Of a stretch of DNA of 64,000 nt, positions 11,790 to 23,276 are shown piece by piece. The notes beneath the pieces were generated by a model. That model saw only the letters and a program-made list of their open reading frames with translations, did not search any database and was not told the DNA's origin. Source of the DNA: Albugo candida. Taxonomy: Eukaryota. The translations under genes were made by a program, and so were the position numbers. The stretch lies in assembly GCA_040437565.1 (NCBI GenBank), contig JBDOQK010000036.1, forward strand, positions 310,001 to 374,000, in the 5' to 3' direction. Each line of letters begins with the position of its first letter. The stretch's first letter is position 1.

Positions 11790-14470
11790 AAAGCATTATG
11801 ATAGTAACATACAGGAAACGGGCTAATTCAGAAATCGACCCAGTTTTGTGTGAGAGGATGGCTGTCGATGACGTAAGCATTTTGAAAACTGGAAAGGAGG
11901 AAGGGCCGACGAAGTTGAGCAGGCAACGTTCCACGTAGACTGGTTGGGCTGGTTGTAGTCTTCTATATGTCGAGCTCAAACTGGCATGCACGTCGACGTT
12001 CTGCTTAGGCTTACTGATAGAAGGAAATTGGACACGAAAGCATTTGAAATTTTAAGTTCTGTCTTAGGATCAAGGGCTGAAGGTTGACATTTGAAGAATT
12101 GAAGAAGTGCAAAAAGCTGGAGCCTACGGAAACTAAAGATTGGAAGTGATTTTTCATATTCTCAGATTTTACACCTGTAGCTTTGCACATTTGTTTCGAA
12201 ATATGCCCTTTCGCATTTCCAAAGATAATAGTTTCAAAAAACGTACTTGACATTGATATTTGGTTCATTCGTCTCGGGAAAAACCATCGGCTAATGCTGA
12301 TACTTATACAACGAATGAATCATCCTCTGGGCGATTCCAATGATATAGTGCAAGTGACAAGTGCCCCATGCTTCGATAGGTGATCGTGACATGCGGATGT
12401 CGAATTGAGTTGATGACAGGTTCCACAATGCTCTTGAGAATGTTTATGATGCTAAAAAACAATGTTAGCAGACTCCAATCTTACTATCGAACGAATTGGA
12501 TGCTGTATTCCCCTGGCAAGTATAAAAATGTTAAGAATAGTATGCTCGTTCTTCATGGAAAGATGACACTAGTATTCACTCGTAAACCCAACATTGTTCC
12601 ACAAGTGTGTGTGCTTATGGATCTTTTGTTGTCTATTATCGCGGAGTCAAAGCTTATGGAGCACACCTGGTGGTATTTAATATCCGTTTAGTTGAATGAT
12701 GTCATGGCGGTATACCCTGACGACGTGAGGGGCAAGTAGATGCTATCAGATCAACCTTTCCCACTCTTCTATAGATCGAAAATGTCAGTTTTTCTCATTG
12801 AAAGACTTTGCTAGTGAATTACCATTTCGGACATGAACTTACATGCTGAGTTCACGACGAGAAGGATCCGAACAATCAAAGAAGTCTATTGGAAGACGTT
12901 GTGCGATCTGAGGGAATGTCATAAATTCATTTGTAATGGTAAGGTAAACTAGTCGCTTTCGTCAAATTCGCTTCAAGCAGTGGCAGATCGATAAAATCTC
13001 GATTCTAAAGACTGCATTGTCTTCCTTGAGAGCTCGTTCAAGCTGATTAATCGTTCATTACGTATACTTCGAACGGAATTCAGTTTTTTCGATAAAGCGT
13101 CACCATCACGTCACTTCCTCCACCTATATCCGTCTGACAAATTTCACTTTAAATCGTCACGTATATGAATCATCGATTGATCATATTGATAAAGCCTTGT
13201 GCTCGCATTTTTCCCAACGCTAACTACAAAAGCGCACTTTCACGATAACTTCAAGTAGAAACACTTGTGATGTCACATCTTTGCACCACCAGCCATCTTT
13301 CAGCTCAAATGATCTCTAGTCGATAAATGCATAGAAATGGTTTATTTGCCTTAAAACTTCCTTTGCGTCCAACAAGTGTCAATACACTTTCATCCCGACA
13401 GCAGCATTTGGTGTGACATTATCCAGTTGCACGCATGACTGGACCATTTAGCTGGTGCTGATCGAACCACAGCGCCGAGCTCCTCCTGTACAACAGGAAT
13501 CGAACAATTGAAAGTGGGGTCTCAGCAATTATTTCCATTATGATTGCATTAACCATTCCTTATTTGCTTCTATTGAAAAATACTTTTCCATGTAGCTCGT
13601 GCCATGTCTGAATCAAGTTCCTTGAAGATGTGAAATGAAACACGAATTCTAGCCCAAGTAATTGTGAAAGTGTGCACGGAACGACGACGAGCTCAATACA
13701 TCGGATATGGCTGAGGACAAGTTGCTGAGCCGACTATAGAAGGAAGTCACTCAGATGCTACCGCGTATCCACTCGACGATTGGTCTCATCACTTGGACCC
13801 AACCAAGCTCAAGCGGAAGACTGTTTTATGTAGGAGTGCAAAGTCCCCCTCCACCCCTGCAACTCTCACGAAACCGAGTCATCGTATGTTGGGACATTGG
13901 TCATCGAGGGAGAGATCGGACACAATGGATACAGAACGAGTTCGAACATTAATGGCTACATCATAGCATCTTCGGGAACGTGTCCTACCAAGAGATATTC
14001 AGCCTGACATGAAGTTGTGCACTCAGCCTTTGTGTGGCGCAATTGAACCGATCAAAAATCTCTTTCTCGAGTGCGAAGACACGGCACAACTATGGCTGGA
14101 GTTAATCCCTACATGAATTCGGTTCTTCTCCTATTGTCCACGTTCGGCGCATATTGCATGTGCAATTGTGCCAACTTATATCCGCTTTACTGCAAGTGGT
14201 GACGCTGCACTTCGTATGGATAGATCGGAATCGTCGTTGTTTCGATCAGTGATCAGCAACGCCGACGATTTCAGCGCTTTCCGTAGTATACACACGTTTA
14301 GTGCGCACGTTCGAAGGTGCAGTGTTACGATCACGATGAACGCATTCGGCTTGCAAAGGTGCTAGATCACGCGAGGACCATTTGGCGTTTTCTTAGGAGT
14401 CGAAGATCGTTGCTGCGGGTCCTGCACCGGCAAGCAAAACTGCAAGTGCAACTTCGATAAAAGTCTTCGT
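11790..14470 (+). mobile_element. Decayed non-LTR (LINE-like) retrotransposon ORF2 remnant
   Basis: Ordered degenerate motifs among many stops: IQETG (11809) and LGDSND (~12327), resembling AP-endonuclease QET and GDFN; then CTQPLCGAIEPIKNLFLECEDTAQLW (~14017-14095, zf-RVT-like) and VWIDRNRRCF (~14215). Boundaries are approximate. Confidence 0.6.
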
Positions 14471-14699
14471 TGAAAACACCGTACTTTTGGACATCTTACA
14501 TTTTGTACGGTGCACGACACTTGAAGGTGAGTACGGTGGCTAAATTCTAAAAAATAATCTATACGGGTCACGCTACTGCTTGCACCAATTCATTATTATA
14601 CTGGGGTCCCACTACCTGTGTGGACCAGACCCGTACTGAACTCGTCACCGCATCCGAGCTTCTGTTCTTCTCCAACTAATGCCGCGTCGTACTAGACTC

Positions 14700-16200
14700 C
14701 ATCAAAAATGAAGGCTAGGTCCAAACTGGCTGTGGGAAGTAAGCGTCTGAAAACGGATGAACGTGCATTGGCCGTATCTGGTAGCTCTGATGACGGCAGT
14801 TGTAGTTCGGAGGACGAATCCTTGGCTCTGAGGTGGGTTTCGGACGCTGAAGGAAAAGAAGCTGAAGGCGTTGTAGAAAACACACAAAGAACATTTCTGG
14901 CGGCAATGAGAGCCGCGCAGCCAGACGAATCGTCGAATAGACCGTCACGCTATGTTGGTAACTCGGCACGCACCACAAGGTGAAAAACCGCCGCAAACAG
15001 ACGCGCTGACGCTGGCTGCTGGGCTCTGACTAAGTATTGGGCACTTGGTGAAGTGAACACAAACCAGGCCGACGAAGCGTATACAATGGAGACCGCAACT
15101 GTTCAGGATTTTCCATTAGAGAGTGACGAGGAAGAGGAGTCTCTGTGGTCAAAGAGAATACTGGAAAATGCCATTGAGCAGCTGGTGGCTATGATAAAAC
15201 CAGCAAACGCAAGCAGCAGTAATCCGTAGGGTTGCTGTTTTGTATTACTTGCGTCTACGCAAGGCGGGTAAAGGACGCCTTGAAAAAAGTAAACTGATCT
15301 CTGAGGGTGTCGGCAAAGAAATTTGGCACACACGTTGTGTTCGCGCTTGGGCGCAAATGTTCCTATAGGATAGCAAACTGCCTTTGTCTCGCCAAGGAAA
15401 GCATGCAAAGTGCCGAAGCTTTTTGCAGGACGAAGACTGTATATTACCTCCGCAGCAATATCTTCGGGAGAACAGATCCAACAGTGAAATATGAAAAGAT
15501 TCTCTCCGGCCTTGGGTATGCAACATCACCAACAATTTCAGAACGGACCACGATGCGCTGGCTGCATTCCCTGGATATCTCCTTCCGTGAGATTCAAAAC
15601 CCCATATATATCGATGAGCATGAGCGAGAAGATGTGGTTGCTTATCATCAAACATTTTTGAAACAAATGCGTAAATGTGAAGAACGTTTGCAGGTAGTGG
15701 AGGGCTTGGATGGAAGTGATGAGAATGTTCGTGTTTCATGGCCGGTGGAAGAGCTGCGCCCAATGATTTTGGTGACCCATGACGAGAGCCCTTTTGCCTT
15801 CCATGACGGCTTGAAACGCTTATGGTTGCCCGCTGGTGAGCAGCCGTTGCGCAAGAGAGGGCAAGGACGCTCAATTCATGTCAGTGAATTCCTTAGTGAT
15901 GTGGGAGGTCGCTTAGAACTGGACGATGAAAAAAAGCTCCAGTACCCCAACCTTCCCGCTGAAGCCTGTGTGCTTGTGCATCAGGGAGCCCAGCATGATG
16001 ATTGGTGGAAGGCTGAAGACTTACTGAAGCAGGTGAAGGAGAGAGCGATCCCCATTTCTGAAGCTCAGTCTCCCGGAAAGCAAGCCTTGTTTGCGTTTGA
16101 CAATGCGACTAGGCACTGCGCCGTTGCGTCTGAAGCGAATTTTCGTACTTAAATGTGGACCAGGACGAGAAGTTAGTCAATTACGATGAGGCGGTGTAAT
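14700..16200 (+). mobile_element. Truncated IS630/Tc1/mariner-like DDE transposase relic
   Basis: ORF 15307-16152 contains IYIDEHEREDVVAY, VTHDESPF (first D), KRGQGRSIHVSEF, AIPI..P..ALFAFDNATRH (second D). It stops before the third catalytic residue; no TIRs identified. Confidence 0.7.
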
Positions 16201-18600
16201 TAACATGAGTTGATGCCACTCCGTGTGCGAGAAAGGCTTCCAACCGACCTCGAACCAAGCACGTCAGTATCCATTCGTCTGCTTCGCCGCACGTCGACCA
16301 GTAATTCAATTGAGAATTGTATATATAATGGCGTGGTCCCAGCAACTTATATCTTCAAACCCTTGTATTCAAAGATGAGAACGATTCTGTTCGGGTGACA
16401 AACGTTCAAGCCTGTCTTCTCGAAACAAATCTCCTTGTTGAAAGTCATCAGAGCTTGGCAGCAAAGATTCGTATATTTTCACACGCTTTCCAAGAGCTAA
16501 TCGTCTGTTCTATTGACTACTTGGCTGTCTTACTACAGGAATAAGATGTGCTCGCTTCATGTGTTCCGCAGACGATTACTTGGCCAAATAAATCATTGTC
16601 ACTACACCAATTGACAATTAGAACGATGCCCCCTCTTCATCAATAGTGCTCCAAAACCCGAGTATAGCTCCTTTTCCCTCAAAAGACTAATCGTCAAATT
16701 TATATCCTTGCGGTCAGGTCAGCATTTTGCATGGCCCGAACAAAGCCCCTTCCTTTTCCGGTTTCCTTGCCCTACATAGTTCTTGGGTCAAAGGACGACT
16801 TTTTCAGCCCGTGTCCTTCGTTGTGTTGTTCTAAAAAGACGCCTTCATTATGTATAGTTCGCGTTCGGATGGGTAACTCGACGATACGATCCATTTCTAT
16901 TTCAGTAGAAATTCGAGTTTCTGCCATAAATCCGTCCATTTCCGTATCAATTCCATCGTGGGATGTCTTTATCGACTTGGGTGCGGGATTCTTGCTTGCG
17001 TTCGTAATCCACAGACGAATGAGCCAAGTTGAGCGCGATTCGGCAAAGTCTGCATTCGTTGAAATGCTTCTCTTTCTGTCCAGTTGTTCCAAACAAATAC
17101 CCAAATTCCGTACGGTTCTTAATTTGAGCAAGTTACATTGTAAGAAAACAAGCGAATTTCGTATTTGATGGCATGCACAACTGCAGTGAAAGATATGACA
17201 GTCGTAGATGCTTGGCCCTTCTTCGGAAAGAAGCTGAAGGTAAGCCCAAATCCAGCACGCTGTAGTATGAGCTGAAAGAAATATGGCCACGCACAGGTCC
17301 AAGTACAATCATCACAATGGTTGTGCTATGTTCATCAATGCATACTACGTTAAGGCAAAGCGTTGCGTCGAATAAAACGACAAATGTCATGTCCGCATTC
17401 TCATCCTCTCGTGTTGAAAGTACACGTGTCGCCTTCTTAAACGATGTACTGTTTGGCGAGTTTGATGACTTCACGATGTAGGAAGGTTTACATGAAAAAT
17501 CAACGAAGTCTTACCTCCAAGCAACATCTTTGCGCAAGGGAATCTTTTTCTCCGTCAGTTCTCGTTATCACCCATCCATGGTCCGAAAGAGTGCATTGAA
17601 TACCACTCACTTCATGACGCAGTCTCCATTTCCTTCCGTTGTCGAACACTTTTCCCCAGCCATGTACCAAGAGACTTGGCGAGCGGGCCAAGTGGCGCAC
17701 TTCACAGAGACATAAAACTGTTTCATTTTCGTATGAAAATACCATCAATGGTTCGCTTTCTATCTAATCCAAGAAAATAGCACCGTCACTCTCAGTGTCA
17801 TCTGGCGCTTAAGTTAGTATTCGTTGTTAACAACCGCGGCGACGAGCATGTCAGCTTCATTACCAGCTGTACAAGGGACGCGCGTTCTTGCTAATAAGAC
17901 GAAGGAGACGGTCTTTGTACGGCAGAGGTGATGAAAATACACTTGTATCGAGTTCATCGCCCTGTCAGCGATCATTGAGAACGAGATTACCATCAAATTA
18001 ACGCTCGTCCGAGATCACAATTCCTTAAGGACGATTGAACCATACCACTGTAACACTTGCTGTCCTGAAGCACTTTGGCATGAGTGGGTAAAATTCTCTC
18101 GCCGTCCTCTTGTCACATGTTACTGAGTTTTTGTCAAGCTTATCCCGAAGATGATTAGAATAACGTGCAGACGGATATCTTCTCGACAACCACGGCGTGC
18201 TTGGATGCAGGAGTCCATCTGGCACAAACAGTGACTTTTGCGTAATCGATTTCCTTACGCGGGAGAGGATGGGTCCTTAACAAGAGACATTTGACGCACA
18301 AAAGAGGAGTTCTATGGGTCAACGTGAATATTTTCGGTCAATTAGGCGTTACCGCTGACGGCACCATCTGCTTTCGCCGAATTTGACCTGGCGTTTCTTA
18401 TCGAACGATAGAATGTGTGATGAACAAGTGCTGTGCTAAACACATCGGAACGACATGGGGACGCATGGTGCTCGATACCAAACCAGTAGATACTCTGTCT
18501 GCGTGGAAAAGCGACTAATAAGTGCTTGGAGAGAGCCCAGGAGGACTTGGGTGGGAAGATAGCCTTTGATTAACCTCGCGCTTCATACTTTCAGGCTGTA
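16200..18600 (-). mobile_element. Possible second, highly decayed retroelement remnant
   Basis: Stop-riddled region with weak motifs in plausible order on the minus strand: CVKC..H knuckle-like (~18290) and TLSDH endonuclease-like (~17585). Confidence 0.25.
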
Positions 18601-19770
18601 TGTGCTAATTGTGGATCGCGTCGTTCTCCATAAAATAGAATTACGTTACGGTAGTGTCTGTGGCCTTTTGTAATCGCCACGTTTTTCTCGTGTTGATCTG
18701 TACCTCTGAGGAACTGTACTGTGATAGTGTAAGGAGGAAGATCGGATGGAATATGCAAGGGTTATTTGCAGGCATCGCAACTATACTCCGGCGAGCCTTA
18801 TTTTGAATCGACACGAAGAGTCTTAGACGTGAAAGGTCCAAGATAAAGGGCACGTCCGCTGCAGTAGTTCCATACAGAGGTGATGATACCCTTAATGGGA
18901 CCAAAAATATATAGCTTTTAACGGGAAAGATTTGAATTTCCACAACTTTATCAATACCTCGCAGTAACTCGCTATTTTAAGCTTGTTGCCTTTCTCAAGT
19001 TGCGTCTGTTGAAGTGCTTCGAGCGCACATGCACAAACTTGGTACCAAGCAGCAATTGACAGGCTCTGCATCGAGCCTCGGAAGATCAAGAGCAATCTAC
19101 TCATCAACAGTATCTATCAACCTAGTCTGGATCTCTGACTAGCGCTTATGGAAAATGCCCAAACCTCAAAACAACATGTAACACGATATGTAGTACATGC
19201 GCTCAGATGGCGAGGATGTTCGAATTTTACAAGCTAAGGAACCTCAACCTCGAGGCTTTTTTCGATACGCACACGTTCGACTATNNNNNNNNNNNNNNNN
19301 NNNNNNNNNNNNNNNNNNNNNNNNNNNNNNNNNNNNNNNNNNNNNNNNNNNNNNNNNNNNNNNNNNNNNNNNNNNNNNNNNNNNGAGCCTCGGAAGATCA
19401 AGAGCAATCTACTCATCAACAGTATCTATCAACCTAGTCTGGATCTCTGACTAGCGCTTATGGAAAATGCCCAAACCTCAAAACAACATGTAACACGATA
19501 TGTAGTACATGCGCTCAGATGGCGAGGATGTTCGAATTTTACAAGCTAAGGAACCTCAACCTCGAGGCTTTTTTCGATACGCACACGTTCGACTATCAGA
19601 AAACGGATATCGTGTGCAGTTCAATTGTCAGAATCGGATAATTAGATATAATTATTATACAGGTTAGGTAACGAGCCAATGATAGATGTCCGTCCATCAA
19701 AGTTGTCAAATCTCAAATGTTAATTTGTAACTGTATAATCATACATATAATATATCTATTTTACCAAGGT

Positions 19771-21975
19771 TCATAGGACGGGAAGCTGCACCCAAAACGA
19801 CTTGGAAGCATCTTCACACGAGTAACGTTTCACAGGATCTGGATGCAAAAGACATGATAGGAGAAAGATTCCTTCCGTCGATAATCGACGCGGAAATAGC
19901 CAGCTTGGATACGCAATGGAACGAGGGAATCCCATTGTCGGATTGGAGCCTGAGCTGTTAATAGGACTGTGCTTGTTATTGAGAGGAGGTAGGCTGTGAT
20001 TTGAAAGATGGAGACCACCGACATTAAGATTGGCCTTGATGGACAGCCCATATTGCCGGTGTATGTCGTTATTGCAATTTGGATGTATTAGAGTGTGTTT
20101 CCGTGAAGTTCTGGTACCTTCGATATGATCTTCATTGGGTACTGGAGAAGGCTGTTGATACACTTCAGGCTCATACAGCAGCTTTCCGGTGTGTGCATCA
20201 GCAGGTAGTGATCGAATCCAATCGCAAAATTTAAGATAGCGTGGACATGACTGCAATTCTTTCCCAAATGGAAGTGAACCAACCAATAGACCATATAAGA
20301 TAACGCCAATCGACCACATGTCCGCTTTACGACCATCGTAGCCATACCGAGCATTTTGTAATACTTCGGGTGCGACGTAATGGGGCGATCCAACCACAGA
20401 GTTTAGACGTCGAAATTCAGCTGCAGGCATCGATAAGGTGGAGCTGGAGCTTGCATTCAAAATCGCATTGGTAGTGGAAGTAAACCGATCATCGTCTTCT
20501 GGACTTGACCTTCGTTGTGTCGAAAGCGATCCATGCAAATCTTGCACACTTTGAGGCTGTTCTTGGACCACTCGATTGCTCACAGCAGCAATAAAATGAG
20601 CCGACAAACCAAAGTCTGCAATCTTGAGCACATCTGAGTCACTCAGTAATAGATTTTCCGGTTTCAAGTCGCGGTGAACGATCCCTAATTGATGACAAAA
20701 TAGAACGCCAGATAGCAATTGCCGGAAATAGCGCCTAGCAATTAGCTCCTCAACGCCTTGATCTCCTTTAATCCGATCAAATAATTCGCCTCCATACGCT
20801 AATTCTAACACCAAAAATATTGTACTTTTAGAAGGCTGAATCAATTCCAACACATCAAATAGCTTGAGCACGTTTTCATGGCCACCATGCGTAATTTGTC
20901 CCGATACTGAGTTCCCTGTCAGCTTGTGCATATGTGCAATTTCACGGTAAATACTTTTACGATTGAGTAGGAAAGCTTTGTATTTGGCTGGCATCGCTGG
21001 AATTTTACATTTCAATGCAGCGCGATTCTTGTTCCTGAGAAGATCGATAGAGTCATGACGATGGCAATGAAGCTGATGATATTGCTCCTTCGTCTCGAAC
21101 CGGTGAGGTACCGCCAAACTGCATGGATTTCCACCTGTACCAGCTGCGATACTAGCAGCCATCGACGTCCCAGACGAATTAGCAGCTTTGCAAGTATGAA
21201 AGCACTCCTCATTTGTCTTCATTTCGTCCATATGTGTTGTAGGAGGGTTTTTCCCTCCAGCTGAGAACTTGGTGCTTCTGATTCGCTCATGCGATTCCGT
21301 TATGAGTACATTCTGGTAATAATATGGAACATTCTCATTAGCGGGGTTACTTGGATTATTGTTACTCAGTAAACTGATTCCGGACGCGGAGGTTACGGTA
21401 CTCACTAACGTTTGAGGAACTTCATGCGTTTCTTCCACAATTTCCATGTCATCGCACTCTTCCTCAATTACCTGTTCGATAATGTCAAAACGCCATAACC
21501 CAACACACATTTCCAATGTAAGTTCTTTAAGTTCTAGCACGATTGAAGTATTGGTCGGAAGGTGCGTGTGATAGTGTGTATGTTGCGTATGATCCACGTA
21601 ACACGCGATGAGATCGGTGCGATTGGCTACTTTCACCCAGTATACGTTTTCCAGTGTCATATTACGGACGTTTCCTACTACTGGAACGCCATGTTTAATA
21701 ATTTCTCCACGCCGTAAGACTGCAGGATTTAATAATTTATACCCAACCGGATTCAGTATCTTAATTGCGACGTGTTGATGTTCTTTCCGATCAAATGCTT
21801 CGTATACAACACCCGCTATACCGCCTCCTAAATAGTTTCCCATCGTGTACCTAATTTCACGGTCTCGATCGGCTCCTGTGATGATTTGTTGACCATCGTA
21901 GGACGTCACAAACGTAGGCGAGACATTTGTTTCCGATAATGGCATGTATTTGCCTTTCCGGAAGACCGCGGCCAT
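19771..21975 (-). CDS. CAMK-group (SNF1/CIPK-like) Ser/Thr protein kinase with large insertions
   Basis: LGGGIAGVVY, VAIK, REI, ELAYGGELFDRI, HRDLKPEN, DFG, GSPHYVAPE, DMWSIG; single ORF of 734 aa. Confidence 0.92.
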   Translation of the reverse strand: MAAVFRKGKYMPLSETNVSPTFVTSYDGQQIITGADRDREIRYTMGNYLGGGIAGVVYEAFDRKEHQHVAIKILNPVGYKLLNPAVLRRGEIIKHGVPVVGNVRNMTLENVYWVKVANRTDLIACYVDHTQHTHYHTHLPTNTSIVLELKELTLEMCVGLWRFDIIEQVIEEECDDMEIVEETHEVPQTLVSTVTSASGISLLSNNNPSNPANENVPYYYQNVLITESHERIRSTKFSAGGKNPPTTHMDEMKTNEECFHTCKAANSSGTSMAASIAAGTGGNPCSLAVPHRFETKEQYHQLHCHRHDSIDLLRNKNRAALKCKIPAMPAKYKAFLLNRKSIYREIAHMHKLTGNSVSGQITHGGHENVLKLFDVLELIQPSKSTIFLVLELAYGGELFDRIKGDQGVEELIARRYFRQLLSGVLFCHQLGIVHRDLKPENLLLSDSDVLKIADFGLSAHFIAAVSNRVVQEQPQSVQDLHGSLSTQRRSSPEDDDRFTSTTNAILNASSSSTLSMPAAEFRRLNSVVGSPHYVAPEVLQNARYGYDGRKADMWSIGVILYGLLVGSLPFGKELQSCPRYLKFCDWIRSLPADAHTGKLLYEPEVYQQPSPVPNEDHIEGTRTSRKHTLIHPNCNNDIHRQYGLSIKANLNVGGLHLSNHSLPPLNNKHSPINSSGSNPTMGFPRSIAYPSWLFPRRLSTEGIFLLSCLLHPDPVKRYSCEDASKSFWVQLPVL

Positions 21976-23276
21976 GATGCAGTAAGCAAGGATAAATCAA
22001 ATGAAAAAACAATCGCTCCTTGAGGGGGTACAGTAAAGGGGCGATAGCGTCGGCACTTGAATTGAGAGTGGTTAGGTTTGACTATACAATGCACAAATGT
22101 GTGACTTACAATTGCGAAAAGAATTAGCGAACGTGGAAAAATATCTCTTCCACTGAGTATGCACCAGGAACACCGCAATGAGAAAAGAGCGTGTAGAACT
22201 ATAAAAATTGGGAGGAAAGACTTTTCTAAGTATGCACGTGATAAAAAAAGTAACTCAAAAAGGGCGCACCGTGGCTTACTTAATTGAAGAGCGAGGTCTT
22301 TCAGGTCGTCTTCGGATATATAAGCGCTTGTTCTGACTCTCGATAAAAGTAGATTCGATGGAACCTCATTAATTATAAGAGTGCACACTGTAAATGCGAG
22401 GCAAGTTGCGCAGAACGTGTCATAATTCAATAAAGTTTGTTGCCTGATACTCTCCTGCTAAAATTACTTGATGTACAACTTCGTGAGAGAGGAAAACGAA
22501 AGCGCTTCTGACTTCAGGTGTTTAGTTTTCGCGTTATCTAACGATCTTAAACCACCATCAGTTCGTCTAGACGTAGGCAATCGACTTCCAAAAGAAAAGT
22601 CCTTGCTTGAGCTCACTATTTTTTTAGTCAAACCTTTATGGATCATGGGTTTTTTGGTCCTCATCGCTACTACTCTATGTCCTTTAAGATTCTTCTTGTA
22701 AGGATGCTTCTTTAAATTATGTTAGAAATAAATTACTGATTCTTCCCATCCAACAAAACCTATCCTTATTGAATCGCTACCGTCAATTGGCTAAAGTGTA
22801 CGTTACGTTATAGGCTACGGCGTTCATAAGCCAAGTATGCTGGTACAGTAGAATTAGTTGCGTCTCTAGTAAAAAAAATGGAGCATCGGAGGACTCAGGC
22901 CTGGCATAGTGTGCAACAAGAACTTCGAGGTGTAGTGGCGCCACATCAAAATAGAGTGACAATTCTGATTCGGGTGGCTAGGGCCTGGTTAGGGTCTTAG
23001 TGTCTTTCTTCCCACAACAAGACATTCAGTATGAGACTTAGAGAAACTCATACAAATAATTCCAGTTTCGAAACTTGCTTCTCTCGAATATCATATTGTG
23101 CCACTTATAAGAGCTGAAGAGACTGATCGTTACACCACATACCACTTCCATGAGGACCGAGGTATACGGTCCAGTAACTCTATAACACATGAAATTTCGC
23201 CTTTAAATAATTCATTTCCTCTTTGTCACTCAACCACACGCTCACTAAGGAAATACCAGCACATCAACCAAGTCAA

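Noticed and set aside
14619-16163. TGTGGACCAG repeated at both ends of the transposase region as a possible TSD
   Set aside because: The second copy falls in probable frameshifted coding sequence (GPG motif); a 10-nt match is plausible by chance.
19073-19596. 212-bp direct repeat that could be an LTR pair
   Set aside because: Identical copies straddle an N gap, like the other artefacts; no LTR hallmarks.
22981-22992. GGGCCTGGTTAG resembling 5S rRNA
   Set aside because: Only 12 nt match; the flanks do not continue 5S sequence or structure.
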